DNA of 64,000 nt from Felis catus (lineage: Eukaryota): NCBI RefSeq assembly GCF_018350175.1, contig NC_058368.1, positions 162,132,001 through 162,196,000 of the forward strand, given 5' to 3'. Under the pieces are notes generated by a model. It was not told where the DNA came from. It saw only the letters and a list, made by a program, of their open reading frames with translations, and did not search any database. Below are positions 26,631 through 38,789 of the stretch, piece by piece (position 1 is the first letter of the stretch; every line of letters starts with the position of its first letter). A program made the translations under genes and the position numbers.

Positions 26631-27628
26631 ATTTAATTTGAATTTACTGCAAAAAGCATAAGCATGCAGATAAAAAAAATGTTATGAAGACTGTGTGTGC
26701 TAAGAAGTTTTTAAGATTCCCAGATTTCTACTAATACCTCACAACCATATGGTTGGTCTGTGATGGCCAGGGGAAGATCAAAGTTATAAGAAGAAAAGTT
26801 CATCAAACTTGACATATCAAAATAAATTCATTTTATTTCGGTTAATGTTTTGTTTCAGAATAACAGCAACTGGCAGAAGACCCTTGCCTCTAAATATTTA
26901 AATGAGAACTCAAGATGAGTTATTAAGAAATATAGAAAGATATGTACACAGGTGGCTATATCTTTTTTCATTGTCTAACTGGAACCAGATGTTATGTTGG
27001 TATCATAGCATCAGGGATGGGGTTGTAACAAATGGGAAGAGGTACCTGTATCCACTTTACCAGAAATCCACTTGCCATGCAGTGTGCATTGACACCAAGT
27101 GCTGAAGCAATTGTTGGACGCTTCATGTGTGTATTTCTCTGAGTTGAATTTTTGCCAAAATAAATGAGTAACTCTGTACCCTATCCAACTTCTTCTAATT
27201 GAAAGTTAAACATTTTACAGTATGTTGAAAATCATCACAGCTAAAGCTGATGCTTTGGTGTTGGAAGAGTCTTGTTTGCAAATGTGACACAGCATCAAAT
27301 AATAAAGATCCTTCCATATGTGGAGATTGTTGTGATAGATCCACAATCCTATACCATCTTTGACTTTTGCATTAGTTGGAGCTGTCCCTAGGTCAATACC
27401 AGTCCTGTCCAGTTAATCACCATCCAAATTAATTCCTCTTTAATAGAGGTTTAATAGAGGTATCAACAAATGAAAAGCTGAATTGGACTGCAGGCTTTAC
27501 AATAGAAATTCTATGAACTGGTCTGAAATTATTGTACACCTCAAACTGAATGAATCGCTCTCCTAATTGTCAGCTTTTTCCTAGATTATCATTACATTCA
27601 AGTACTGACTTGGAGGTAACTTTTAGTT

Positions 27629-27850
27629 TTTATTTTTTTTTAATATTTTAACCTTTGTTTAATGCTGGTTAAGAGAGACAGAGCATGAGTGGGGGAGAGG
27701 CAGAAATGGAAGCAGACACAGAACCCAAAGCAGGCTCTGGGCTCTGAGCTGTCAGGATAGAGCCTGATGTTGGGCTGGAACCTACAAACCATGAGATCAT
27801 GACTTGAGCTGAAGTCAGACACTCAACCTACTGAGCCACTCAGGCACCTC
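27629..27850 (-). mobile_element. Can-SINE
   Basis: Antisense SINE ending ctgagccactcaggcacctc, with tagttttt on both flanks. Confidence 0.95.
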
Positions 27851-28504
27851 TAGTTTTTCTTTTTTAACCTGTTGGCTAAGCTCTTGGGACGGCATATGGA
27901 ATAAAATCTAAATTTCCCATTAAATTGGGTCACTTCATTGATTTACTACACAATCTTATAACAGGGAGAAAGAAGAGATGTTTGTTAGAGCAATAATATT
28001 TATTTAACAGAAATGACAGATCCCACAAGTAGTAACTTCGCCATATGTATGAGGTAATTCATGTGTAACTATCCCGTTTAACACATCTCCTATGATAGCA
28101 GTTGGTATAGTCTGTAATGGTTCCAAATTAATTCCTCCCATGATTATTGTAATATTAGCTCTACATTATTTCTCCCTTATGTATGCCCTACTAAACACTC
28201 TCAAATCACAACCTTTTAATCATTTTGAAAATATTTAATTGCCTTTGCTGCTGTACAGTGGTTTGAATTCCATAAAACAGACCCATAAGAGTGTTGGCTT
28301 TTTGGTATAGAATTTGATATATAGCATAGATAATTTCTTATTTTTTCCTTAAAAACATAAAAATATATGTATGTAAACACTATATAATAACTTTGCTGAT
28401 GAATATGACAAAGTTTAGTTATAGTTGATATGCAACAGTTTCAAAAAATAGTTTTGTAGGAGTCACTGTAACTATATTTGTCCATTCTTCAAAAGGCTTT
28501 TTTT

Positions 28505-28629
28505 CAAGCATGCTCCATGCTGTGAGCACAGAGGCTGATATGGGACTCAGCCCTACAAACCATGAAATCATGACCTGAGCCTAAATCAAGAGTTGGATGC
28601 TTAACTGACTGAGCAACCCAGCCATCCCC
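28505..28629 (-). mobile_element. 3'-truncated (tail-less) Can-SINE
   Basis: Only the 5' 125 bp or so is present. aaaaggcttttttt at 28491-28504 and 28632-28645. Confidence 0.9.
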
Positions 28630-28809
28630 AAAAAAGGCTTTTTTTGATCATCTTGTCAAAAAGTTTCTGTTTTATAACATATTTCCTTATTTGTTTGATT
28701 TGTATGAATTCTCACAATCTCTTTTCTTAATAATACATATGCTAGTTTATCTGTCTCCTCTTCTAGAAAAGGTAAACCTTTTTTTAAAATATAGAATATT
28801 TTCTCTTTT

Positions 28810-29018
28810 TTTTTTCAACTTTTTTTATTTATTTTTGGGACAGAGAGAGACAGCATGAACGGGGGAGGGGCAGAGAGAGAGGGAGACACAGAATCAGAAA
28901 CAGGCTCCAGGCTCCGAGCCATCAGCCCGGAGCCTGACGCGGGACTCGAACTCAGGGACCACGAGATCGTGACCTGGCTGAAGTCGGACGCTTAACCGAC
29001 TGCGCCACCCAGGTGCCC
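28810..29018 (-). mobile_element. Young feline SINE (SINEC_Fc)
   Basis: Perfect 19-bp TSD atagaatattttctctttt at 28791-28809 and 29019-29037. CpGs are retained. Confidence 0.99.
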
Positions 29019-30141
29019 ATAGAATATTTTCTCTTTTAAATTCACACTGTAAATTCAGTTCAAACCTTATAACCAGAACTTATTTTTTTATTGAATGAAT
29101 TACCAAATAATGTGAATTAGATTATAACGTTTCCTCATGTAAGTGTCTTAGAGTTTAGTGATCACATATACAGGTTAGTTGCCATTCTCTCAGACTACTG
29201 CTATTTATTTTGTGATAAGTGTGTCATTAAATCCATCTATATAAGTGGGTATCATACCCACTATGTAGAGAAAAAAAATCATTGAGATATTGCATAGTTA
29301 TGGAAATGTGAGAGATAATGATTATATTGAGAATTAACATAAAATAGAGGAATACATATGAAGTTGGCTATTTTAAAAAGTGATAATTTAATTGAAATAT
29401 ACATTATTAGATGATTTTCTAGTATTAAAGGAGAAAAGAAATAAGGTTACCTAGTGACCAGAACTTTCTGGCAATTGCAATATATAATTATTTTCTTGAA
29501 CATCAGGCAGCCCCTTCCTTGCCTCGTTATTTATCCTTTTATTCTCCAAGTAATTATCATGGCTGAAAATGTGCTATTGTTACATGAAGATATTATGATA
29601 AGCAATATTGAGACAACCTATTCTTTTAGGGAGGAAATAGACTATAAGTACTGATTACTCAATTTAATCATAACTGTATTATTTTAATAAATAAATAAAC
29701 AGAAAATTATAAAAAAGTATAAAAGTTTAAAGAGAGATCTTATTTATAAAATCTGGAAAGTTACTGTATTTTGGGATATATTTAGCTGTCGTTTTTCACA
29801 CAATAGTCTGTGTTTTCTTTTTTCACAGACATCACAATTTCTTGAAAATCACCTTTATAATTAGTATCATTGGTTAAAAGTTTTTGACCTATATTTTATG
29901 TGTGTAGGCCCATCTTCCAAGAAAAATATCAGAGGATCCAGCCTTGCAATAAGTAGGATATAAAGAGACATAAAAAATTATTTGATATTACAGATAATCA
30001 TATATGGCTGACCATACATTATTATATAGAGAAATGGTATTAATCAATCCCAAACTCTCCACCACGCCACTGATATTATCCCCACTTCCACTCAAATAAT
30101 AGGGTTGGTTATGCAAAATGGATATGGATGCGCAAAAATAT

Positions 30142-30169
30142 ATTTATTTTATTTTATTTTATTTTATTT
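30142..30169. repeat. (ATTTT)n tract, polyA-like tail on the minus strand
   Basis: atttattttattttattttattttattt. Confidence 0.9.
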
Positions 30170-30513
30170 CAGGTTTTTTTCTTTTAGTTAAAATAATTTA
30201 TTTGTTATATTTATTCTGGCAGCATTTTCCTAAAATCCAGTAAGCAACAAAAAGTTAGATGAGTTGATCTCATCATTTAAATAAACATTGATAATTTTAG
30301 GGTCCCTTCTTCTCCATTTAACACTTTTTTTTCATCTTTTACATACAAGACAGTCTGTCCTTTGTTTTGTGTGGGGAAAGGAAAAACTTAGTTACACTGT
30401 GGTAATAAACAAGTCCATGATCTCAGCAAATACTGAATTTTTTCTCATGTTGCATCATTACTGCATCTCTTTTAGTAGTCAGCTCATCTTTCTGACTCTA
30501 GGATTAGGCTGGC
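30168..30513 (-). repeat. Inverted duplicate of 38957-39293 (part MLT1 LTR, part unique sequence)
   Basis: Colinear reverse-complement match over about 340 bp, including an exact 61-nt match of 30191-30251 to 39210-39270. Confidence 0.97.
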
Positions 30514-30520
30514 ACATATA

Positions 30521-30795
30521 TTTTAGTTAACATACAATGCAATATTGGATTCAGAAATAGAATTCAGTGATACATCACTTACATACAACACCCAGTGCCC
30601 ATCACAAGTGCCCTTCTTAAAAGCCATCACCAATTTAACCCATCTCCCACCCGTCTTCCATCAACATTTACTTTGTTGTCTATTGTTAAGAGTCTCTTGT
30701 GGTTTGTTTCCCTTTCTTCTCTTCCCACCCCCTCCCATATGTTCATCTGTTTTCTTAAATTCCACATATAAGTGAAATTATATGGTATTCGTCTT
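30521..30795 (-). mobile_element. Carnivore L1 3' UTR fragment, about 275 bp
   Basis: tagttaacatacaatgcaatattg, agaattcagtgatacatcacttacatacaacacccagtg, aaattccacatataagtgaaattatatggtatt match the antisense carnivore L1 3' end. Confidence 0.93.
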
Positions 30796-31302
30796 GAAAG
30801 GAATTGTCTTTAGAAATCCATCTTTCCAAAAAATGAAAAAAATGATTGATAAATATGTGGGGAGGGGGAGGGGAGAGGAACCCAAATATAAGAAAATAAT
30901 AGTCCAAACAGCGCAAATAGTAGCCCAAAATAAAACATGGTATTACTTTTGGAACACGAAGAACAATAATAGTATTCATTCTAGAACTCATTTCCATTGT
31001 ATAACAGAGAAATTGTGCTGCTAGAATCAGAGACACAAAAATAATGCTAGCCCATTCGTGGCTGTGTAACAAAAAATTATTTGCAAGGTTTGAAAAAGTG
31101 TACCTCATTTATTGATTTGTAACTATTAGAACTTTTAGAGGTATTGTACCTCAAACTACAGTACTAAATAGGATAAATATTGGAAGGGAAAAGTTTGATA
31201 GGTTGGGCAGTTGGAGGTAATGGCAGATGGTAATGCTAAGATGGTCATGTTACATAATAAGCCATGAGATTCTTTTAGGCTAGTAAAATGAGAATTAAAG
31301 AT

Positions 31303-31397
31303 TTATATATGTAATATATAAATATAAAAAATATATATGTATAAAAATGTATGTATGTGTATATATATGTATATGTGAATATATGTATATATACACA

Positions 31398-31449
<52 letters not shown>

Positions 31450-31465
31450 ATATAGTACAAATATA
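31303..31465. repeat. Compound (TA)n/(TG)n/(TATG)n simple repeat
   Basis: About (TG)9 followed by about (TA)14 inside a degenerate TA-rich tract. Confidence 0.92.
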
Positions 31466-31492
31466 CCAAATTAGAAGTTGGGGCATGAAAAG

Positions 31493-31721
31493 TTTTTTTT
31501 CTTTAATTTTTTAAATTAAAATTTTTTTTAAATGTTTATTTTTGAGAAAGAAAGATAGAGCACCAGCAGTGGAGGAGCAGAGAAGGAGACACAGTATCTG
31601 AAGCAGGCTCCAGGCTCTGAGCTGTCAGCAGAGTCCAATGTGGGGCTCTGTCTCGTGAACCATGAGATCATGACCAGAGCCTAAGCCAGACACTTCACTG
31701 ACTGAGCCACCTAAGTGCCCC
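31493..31721 (-). mobile_element. Can-SINE
   Basis: Antisense SINE with atgaaaagtt on both flanks. Confidence 0.95.
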
Positions 31722-32487
31722 AGGAGGAATGAAAAGTTGGGATGAAAGAATTTCTGTGGACATAGCTTCCTAGTCTTTTGTTCACTAAAGTTAATAAATC
31801 AGTAACATTTTGCATTTATATATTATTTAGTTATAGAAGCTAAAAATGAAAATTTGGAAAAATAAACAAAAGTTGTTGTTTCTGGAGGTTAGATGAGAGC
31901 AGCAGACTCAGGGCAAGAAAGATGCTATTGTTTGTTATACATCCTTCTGTAGGAATTGACTCAACCGAAATTCATGCACAGTTAGTTTTTAGAGTCATGT
32001 ATTTAATTTTACAGTAATTTTAATTTTCAATGTTGGAATTAATATTTAATTTTAAAATTACCATTAAGAAAAATAATTGAGGCTTTGTATATGAATGCTA
32101 AAATAACAACCAAATTATGTTAACTACTGATAAAATGTAGTCATTCATCTTTCCTTAGTGGAAATGGTTTTTCACTCCATATTCTTCTTCATTATTAATT
32201 TCAGCAAGGTATTTTTATTAATTAACATAAAAGGTAATACTAAAAGTCTAAGAAATATAGCTAGGAAAAATCACATTTTATCAATAACATGGAAAAAATT
32301 AAGTTGAATCGTCTTGATCATGTCCTATAGTACATAGTCATAACTAGAACTGGGAATTTTGATGGAATGAATAAAATTATTGTAAATTTACTATTATCAG
32401 TTAAAACTGTTTTTATTAGTAGTTTAATAGATGTCATAAAAATTCCTTAATGCTTTTCTTGCGTTAGTACTACTATGTTGGCCAAAA

Positions 32488-32489
<2 letters not shown>

Positions 32490-32535
<46 letters not shown>
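32490..32535. repeat. (CA)23 microsatellite
   Basis: Uninterrupted CA run. Confidence 0.98.
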
Positions 32536-32539
<4 letters not shown>

Positions 32540-32634
32540 CCCTGCGTCCCAAAGGTAGTCATCTGTGGAACATTTTGTTTGTTTGTTTTTAATATTATAT
32601 GTTTTAATGTAGCTCTATCACTATATTTTATAAT

Positions 32635-32872
32635 TATTATTTTGAATTTGTCAGTTCATATACTGTCAAAGAAAAAATACAGGATCCTCAAGTACTATTT
32701 ATACAGTTTCTTCTAGTAGTAACATCTTGTAAAATTATAGTTCAATATCACAACAATAATACTGATATTGACACAACCTACCATTCTTATTTGAGATGGT
32801 GCCAGTTTTATGTATAATCTCTCTGTGTGTATGTGTGGGTGTGTATACTTAGCTCTATATATTACATATGGA
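32635..32872 (-). mobile_element. Old L1 (L1MC/L1MD-like) extreme 3' fragment
   Basis: cagtttcttctagtagtaacatcttgtaaaattatagttcaatatcacaac...actgatattgacaca. Confidence 0.7.
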
Positions 32873-33034
32873 ATTTGGGGTAAATACTAATAAAACTCTG
32901 TTTTTTTAAATCTAGAAGTACTTTGTATGATTATCATTAACATATATAATTGTACTAGTTACATCACATTTAAACATGGTTTACTCGTTACTGAACCCCT
33001 AAACAGTGTGAAACACTGCAAAGAATTTTTTTAA

Positions 33035-33160
33035 TCTATTTGACACATTGTTTAAATTTAAGGATTACAACATGTTAATTTGATACATTTATATATTGTA
33101 ATATAATTGTCATTTTAACAATATTTAGTACTCTCCTAATATTACACAATTACCTTTCCT
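33035..33160 (-). mobile_element. L1MA9-like extreme 3' fragment
   Basis: aaatttaaggattacaacatgttaatttgatacatttatatattgtaatataatt. Confidence 0.65.
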
Positions 33161-33301
33161 TAAATATATTTTAAAATTTAATCCATGCCAAATATGGTCT
33201 ATTGTGTGGATTAAAAACCTGCAGAATGTAATTCTAAGTTTTTATCCTTTTAATTCTTTGCATCCTATTAAGATAGTCATTTTAATTAAACTTCAAGAGG
33301 A

Positions 33302-33490
33302 AGGACATCTGGGTGGCTCAGTCAGTTGAGCATCCGAGGCTTGATTCCAGCTCAGGTCATGATCCTAGGGTCTTGGGATAGAAACTCCATGCTCAGCATG
33401 GAGCCTGCTTAAGATTCTCTCTCTTTCTCTGCCCCTCATCCCTGCTTTTATTCTCTCTCTCTCTCTCAAATTGAAATTAAAATTAAAATT
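33302..33490 (+). mobile_element. Can-SINE (older subfamily)
   Basis: ggacatctgggtggctcagtcagttgagcatccg. TSD ttaaacttcaagagga / ttaaacttggaagagga. Confidence 0.95.
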
Positions 33491-33698
33491 AAACTTGGAA
33501 GAGGAATTTTCCCTTCCAAAAGCAGGTACAACAATTTTTTGAGTAAAATGCAAAGTTGAAGGAATGTCAAATACAAATGAAAGTCTTTAGTACAATTTTA
33601 AGTATATCTTTCTAACAAAAAAAGCTTCACCATAAATTAATACAGCTTTTAGGAAAAACAAGATAAAATTGAGTTTTTGGAAATTTGATTAAATATAC

Positions 33699-34111
33699 TG
33701 TATTAATCTGAGAGTTGCTTTAATAAATTACCACAAAGTTGGTGGTTTAAACAACAGAAACTTGTTCTATCACACTTTTAGAAGCTAGATGTGAAAAAAT
33801 GTCAGGAGGGTCACATTTCCTCTGAAGGCTCTATGAAGAATCCTCCTTTGACTCTTAGGTTCCATGTGGTTGTGGGTAATCCCCAGCTTGAAGCTCTGTA
33901 ACCTCACCCTCTGCCTCCATGTTCACATGTCCTTTTTCTCTGTGTATCTGTGTATTTCCTCCTCTTATAGGGATACCAGTAATTGGATTTTTGATTCAGT
34001 ATGACGTCACCTTAATTAATAACATCTGTAAAAACCCCATTTCCAAATAAGTCACATTTTGAGGTTACTCGTGGGCATGAATTCTGGAGTGACACTAGAC
34101 AGCACACTAAA
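33699..34111 (-). mobile_element. MaLR solo LTR (MLT1A/B/C-like)
   Basis: Starts tgtatt, then aaattaccacaaagttggtggtttaaacaacagaaa, tctgaaggctcta, ccatttccaaataagtcacatt. Confidence 0.9.
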
Positions 34112-34184
34112 TACACTGAAGAAAGATAATTTGAATTAGTGGGATTATCTTTTCAATAATTTAGTCAGATGGAATGATGAGAAT

Positions 34185-34539
34185 GCTTTTGAACAACATG
34201 GTGATTAGAGACTCTGACCCTCTGCACAGTCAAAAACCCACATATAACTTTTGACTTCCCAAAAATCTAACTACTAATAGACTACTTATTGACTGGAAGT
34301 CGTACCTATAAAATAAACAGTTGAATAACACATATTTTGTATGTTATTATACATATAGTATATATTATATAGTGTATAACATATGTATTATATACTATAT
34401 CCTTACATTAAGGTAAGCTAGAGAAAAGAAATATATTCAGAAAGTCATAAGGAAGAGAAAATAATTTATAGTACTGTAAAAAAATCCTCATATAAATGAA
34501 CCCACACATTTCAAACCTGTGTTGTTCAGGGGTGAACTG
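34185..34539. mobile_element. Tigger2a-like (TcMar-Tigger) non-autonomous DNA transposon
   Basis: ttgaacaaca...tataacttttgacttccc...aactactaatag...gtaagctagagaaaagaaa, with terminal gtgttgttcaggggtgaactg as the TIR. Confidence 0.9.
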
Positions 34540-34549
34540 AATATTTGTC

Positions 34550-34955
34550 TATGGTAGATACAATTAGTGCCCATCTCCATCTGGCCCTCCTTTTGGACTC
34601 CCAGGGAAAAGTAAATTTCCTAACACTTTTCATTAAGGCAGAGCATTACAACATACTTACTCTTGTCATAGCGGTATAAGCAGAGTGATATACTTTTACT
34701 TCTAGACTCAATCATTTATGAGACTCTTTCTCTCTCTCTTTCCCTGATACAGAGACCTCATCTTTACAGATAATGGATTAACACAAAAGGAAATGTCGCC
34801 TTCATTGTCCTGGATGCTTCATGGTTTTGTGGAGCTAAACCAGCCAAACATGCATGGGATAGTTGGGTGAGTGAGAAACAGTGAATGTTGTTGTAGAATG
34901 AACCTAATAAGATTTTGTTTTTCCTGTAACATACCCTTTCCTACCATGACCAAGG
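34550..34955 (+). mobile_element. Old MaLR LTR (MLT1H/I/J-like)
   Basis: Degenerate MLT1 motifs aagcagagtgatatac...acttctagact, gtgagtgagaaa, and the end taacataccctttcctaccatgac. Confidence 0.55.
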
Positions 34956-35836
34956 TTTCCTTTCTAGAAACTTTGTTTTTCAGGCTCCCATTCACTCATT
35001 ATTAGTCAAATATTGCGGTATCAAATTACCTTCTTTATCTGCAATTTGGTAGCATGAACCAACCAAATCTCCACTGTTCTATATTACTAAAAATATAATT
35101 ATAAATCATATTCAATCTGATACGTAAAGAAATCTTAGGCAAACTTAAATAAATCCACAAACTTCAGGAAAGTTTTATTTTTCAGTTTTGATCTTCAGGG
35201 AATAAACATCCTTTCTCAGACTTGCTAGTTCCTTCAAAGTGTTATTTTTGAAAATGTAAAACAATTTAAATTATACACATACCAATGTAAACATATATAA
35301 ACATCTCAAGAAACTAAAATGATTACATATTCTCTGTTTTTATTTCCAGATACTCTATAATTTTGTAGTGAGTTTATAATAAAGGGTTGTAGACCATAAG
35401 AAAATGTGCTAAAATGTTTTATTAGTTGATTTACAAAGTTACTCCTTTTTAGACAATACCATTTCTGTGAAGCTATATAAGTGAGTACATGTTGTAAAGC
35501 ATTCTATAGTCCTTGAAATGAAGAATTTGCAGGAGATATGGATTATAAAGAGATTCCAAGGCAGAAATATATAGCAATAACATAAAAATTACAAGTCAAT
35601 TACCTGAAGAAATAAAAAAAACAATTATGCTTGACAACTTAGAAATATAAATGTAAGAAATACACACTTGTTTTCAATTTCAATTCTCATAACAGAGGAG
35701 ACCCAATTACAGTAAGTTCAAAATTAGAAGGCTAATTAGATGCTCAAAACTGGTATCTTTGTGGTACAAAGTATTATATTTTAGATCTCACCATTTTACT
35801 TTCAAGAGAGCATGCTTTAAATTATAGTTTTACGTG

Positions 35837-35838
<2 letters not shown>

Positions 35839-35880
<42 letters not shown>
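35839..35880. repeat. (GT)21 microsatellite
   Basis: Uninterrupted GT run. Confidence 0.98.
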
Positions 35881-35883
<3 letters not shown>

Positions 35884-37079
35884 AGTGCAAATGTATACAC
35901 CCATATTGTTTCCTAAATAATTCTTCAGTTCTTTCACTTGAACTCTATTTTATTGGGTCAGAGTCTAGCAAACAAAGTAATACTTGGCTCCAGAGGAGTA
36001 CTAAATGATAAAAGATATGAAAAAGAAACATCACTATCATCTGGTACCCCAAACAACTTTTCAGATACGTAGAAACACTCTTTATCATCTAATTTACATA
36101 GCAATTATATTTGATGTTTTTCCCCCAAGGGTCATTTACACTCAGTCACAGTATTCTTTAGAGTATTACAAAATATTCGCTGGGCACTTAAAATTATGAA
36201 ATGAAAGAAAAGAATTAAAATGTATATGCTAGTACTGGGAGTAGAAGGGAAGGCAATGAGCAGAAGGAGGTTTCAGTCTACAAAGTCTTACATTGACCAC
36301 ATTGCGACTATGAGAATCATTAGTACTGGGAAAGTATATCTAATGGAATATTGAAACAGAAACATAGAGACTCAGTGCATGACCACAAGGGGCAGAGGTT
36401 GAATCAACATGAACATCAGTTAATAAATACAAAGTAGTAATTGATGAAGGGCCAAGGAAATTTGCAAAAAGAAAGTTTTGAGTAACGAGAAGAATTAATA
36501 TAGGTGTAGTTGGATTTGTTAATTTATTATCTTTCTGATGAATGTGTGATAAATGTGCTCTTGTCATAAATAAGTTAATTATGAATTTGTGTATCAAATA
36601 TAATCCCATTTTGAGCCAATATATTCAGTGCATATGTGTACATAATCATATACATGACCGCAAGAATAGATTCTATTCACATTAATATAGATTTACCTTT
36701 TATAACATAGCATAGAATGGATTTGAAAATAAAATGATTCTCTTCTATACTTCAACACCTGTATACTCATTTGTGAGGGAATAAATTAATCATTCAACCT
36801 GTATTAGATCACCTAATATATCCAAGACTGGATCAGAAAAAGTACCAGAGATTTTTCTTACTTTTGATAATTAAAATAGTTTTTTATTTTTGCAGACAAC
36901 TGAAATCTTGACAGTTAGGAACAGAATTCAGTCTGTCACATTCATAAACAACAATCAGAAGGAGGAAGAAGAAAAATTATTGAATTTGAAAGATCCAAAG
37001 TTATTCGTGTTTTCTTATGATAGAGCTTAAATATATCTGTATAAATATAGTTGGATATTAAAAAGTAATGTCAAAATCA

Positions 37080-37200
37080 GGGGTGCCTGGCTGACTCAGT
37101 CAGTGGAGCATATGACTCTTGATCTCGCAGTTGTGGGTTTGAGCCCTACATTGGAAATAGTGAATACTTACTTACTAAATAATTAAATAAATATTTAAAA
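37080..37200 (+). mobile_element. Short carnivore SINE (SINEC_b-like)
   Basis: ggggtgcctggctgactcagtcagtggagcatatgactcttgatctc with no CT tract. TSD aatgtcaaaatc. Confidence 0.9.
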
Positions 37201-37742
37201 ATCAATGTCAAAATCCATAATACCAAAGTTTTTCTTCATTTTTGTCAACAAAAATGACAAAGAAGCAGGCTGATTTTAGAAGCCTATTTTAACATACTTT
37301 TTCCAGGACATATAGTAAGATTAATAAGATTAAAAGTAATTTTGTGATTTTTCTACTTTTAAAATAATAGCACATGATAAGAACTCTGAAACTTTGCAAT
37401 ATCCTGAAGTAACTTATGAATTAATAAAGACTGTGGTGTATATTCACATCTTTAATGTTCTTCTTTCTCCCTTGGATATTGATATTTCATTGGTATAACT
37501 ATATTAAGCAAAGTACTCCTAGTAACATAGCAGGAAGTGCAACTCGCATTCAGTACTAATCAGAACCTCTAAACTGTTTTCATTGTGATTATGGGCTGTT
37601 AGCAGATGTTTATAAAAAAAATATTATCAAGTTTGGAATATTGAATAAAACACGTTTCTTTATTGGAGGAACTCCCATGACTTTAATAGGCAAATATATG
37701 CGGTGAAATTATAAGGGGGAACCACATAGGCGAAATATTTTC

Positions 37743-37937
37743 TTCTTTTAGGAAAGTTTATTTACCCGTTTTGAAAGAGAACAAGCAGTGAGGGGCCGAG
37801 AGAAATGGTACAGAGGATGTGAGGCGGGCTGCATGCTGATGGCAGAGAGCCTGATGTGTGGAGCTGGAACCCACCAACTGTGAGATCATGACCCCATACA
37901 AAGTCAGATACCTGACTGACTGAGATAGCCAGGCATT
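37743..37937 (-). mobile_element. Can-SINE (diverged)
   Basis: agagcctgatgtg...gagatcatgacc...gactgagatagccaggca. Confidence 0.9.
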
Positions 37938-37954
37938 CAGTGAAATATTATCCT

Positions 37955-38180
37955 TTTCTTTAAAAAAATTTTTTTAATGTTTATTCACTTTTTGAGAGAC
38001 AGAGAGAGACAGAGCATGAGCAGGGAAGGGACAGAGAGAGAGGGAGACACAGAACCTGAAGAAGGTTCCAGGCCCTGAGCTGGCAGCACAGGTCCTGACG
38101 CGGGGCTCGAATTCACGGATCATGAGATCATGACCTGAGTGGAAGTTAGACTCTTAACCAACTGAGCTACCCAGGAGCCC
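37955..38180 (-). mobile_element. Can-SINE
   Basis: Full antisense SINE flanked by cagtgaaatattatcc / cagtgaaatattttcc. Confidence 0.97.
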
Positions 38181-38789
38181 TCCCAGTGAAATATTTTCCA
38201 ATGTCATTTGACTATGGGTAACTTTTTTTTCTTAGTATAACAATTACCATGTCACTGATCTAGGGTTCCATATAACTCTGTTTCTGAATCACTTCCCTAA
38301 GCTATACCCACACATTTATCAATGAAATTCTTGTCCCTTGCTTACTTGTCCATCTACTATACCCCAAATTCAGTCAATCTTACATGTTATACTTTCTATT
38401 TATTTCATTGCCCTTCATCTTAACTATTGCCATTTGGCTTCTCACAGTTTATTTCTTCTGTTTTCACCCTGCTCAAATCTGTCCTTCATGCTGCAATGAT
38501 TATGTACTATCCTCAGCACAGACTACTCACATACCTCTGCAGTTACTTCCTGTCCCTGTGGGTATAGTTTATATGTCATATCCATAGAGCCTTCTGAAAT
38601 AACCCTACTCAGAATAATTTATCTATTATTCCAATTGCTCCAAGAGTCTATTACTACAAGGATCACATATGTCTAATTTTGCAGTGTGTATAGCCATTTT
38701 GACTAAAATTTTTTTATTTTTTTTTCTTAAAGACAAGAAGTAGACATTAGTACAGAATGCCAAATATTTCAAATTTTCCCTATGGGACC

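Larger units (their letters stand above)
37560..38298. mobile_element. Charlie4-like hAT MITE split by two SINEs
   Basis: aagtttggaatattg...gtttctttattggaggaact...ctttaataggcaaat on the left; ttttcca...atttgactatgg...tagggttcca on the right of the SINEs. Confidence 0.55.
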
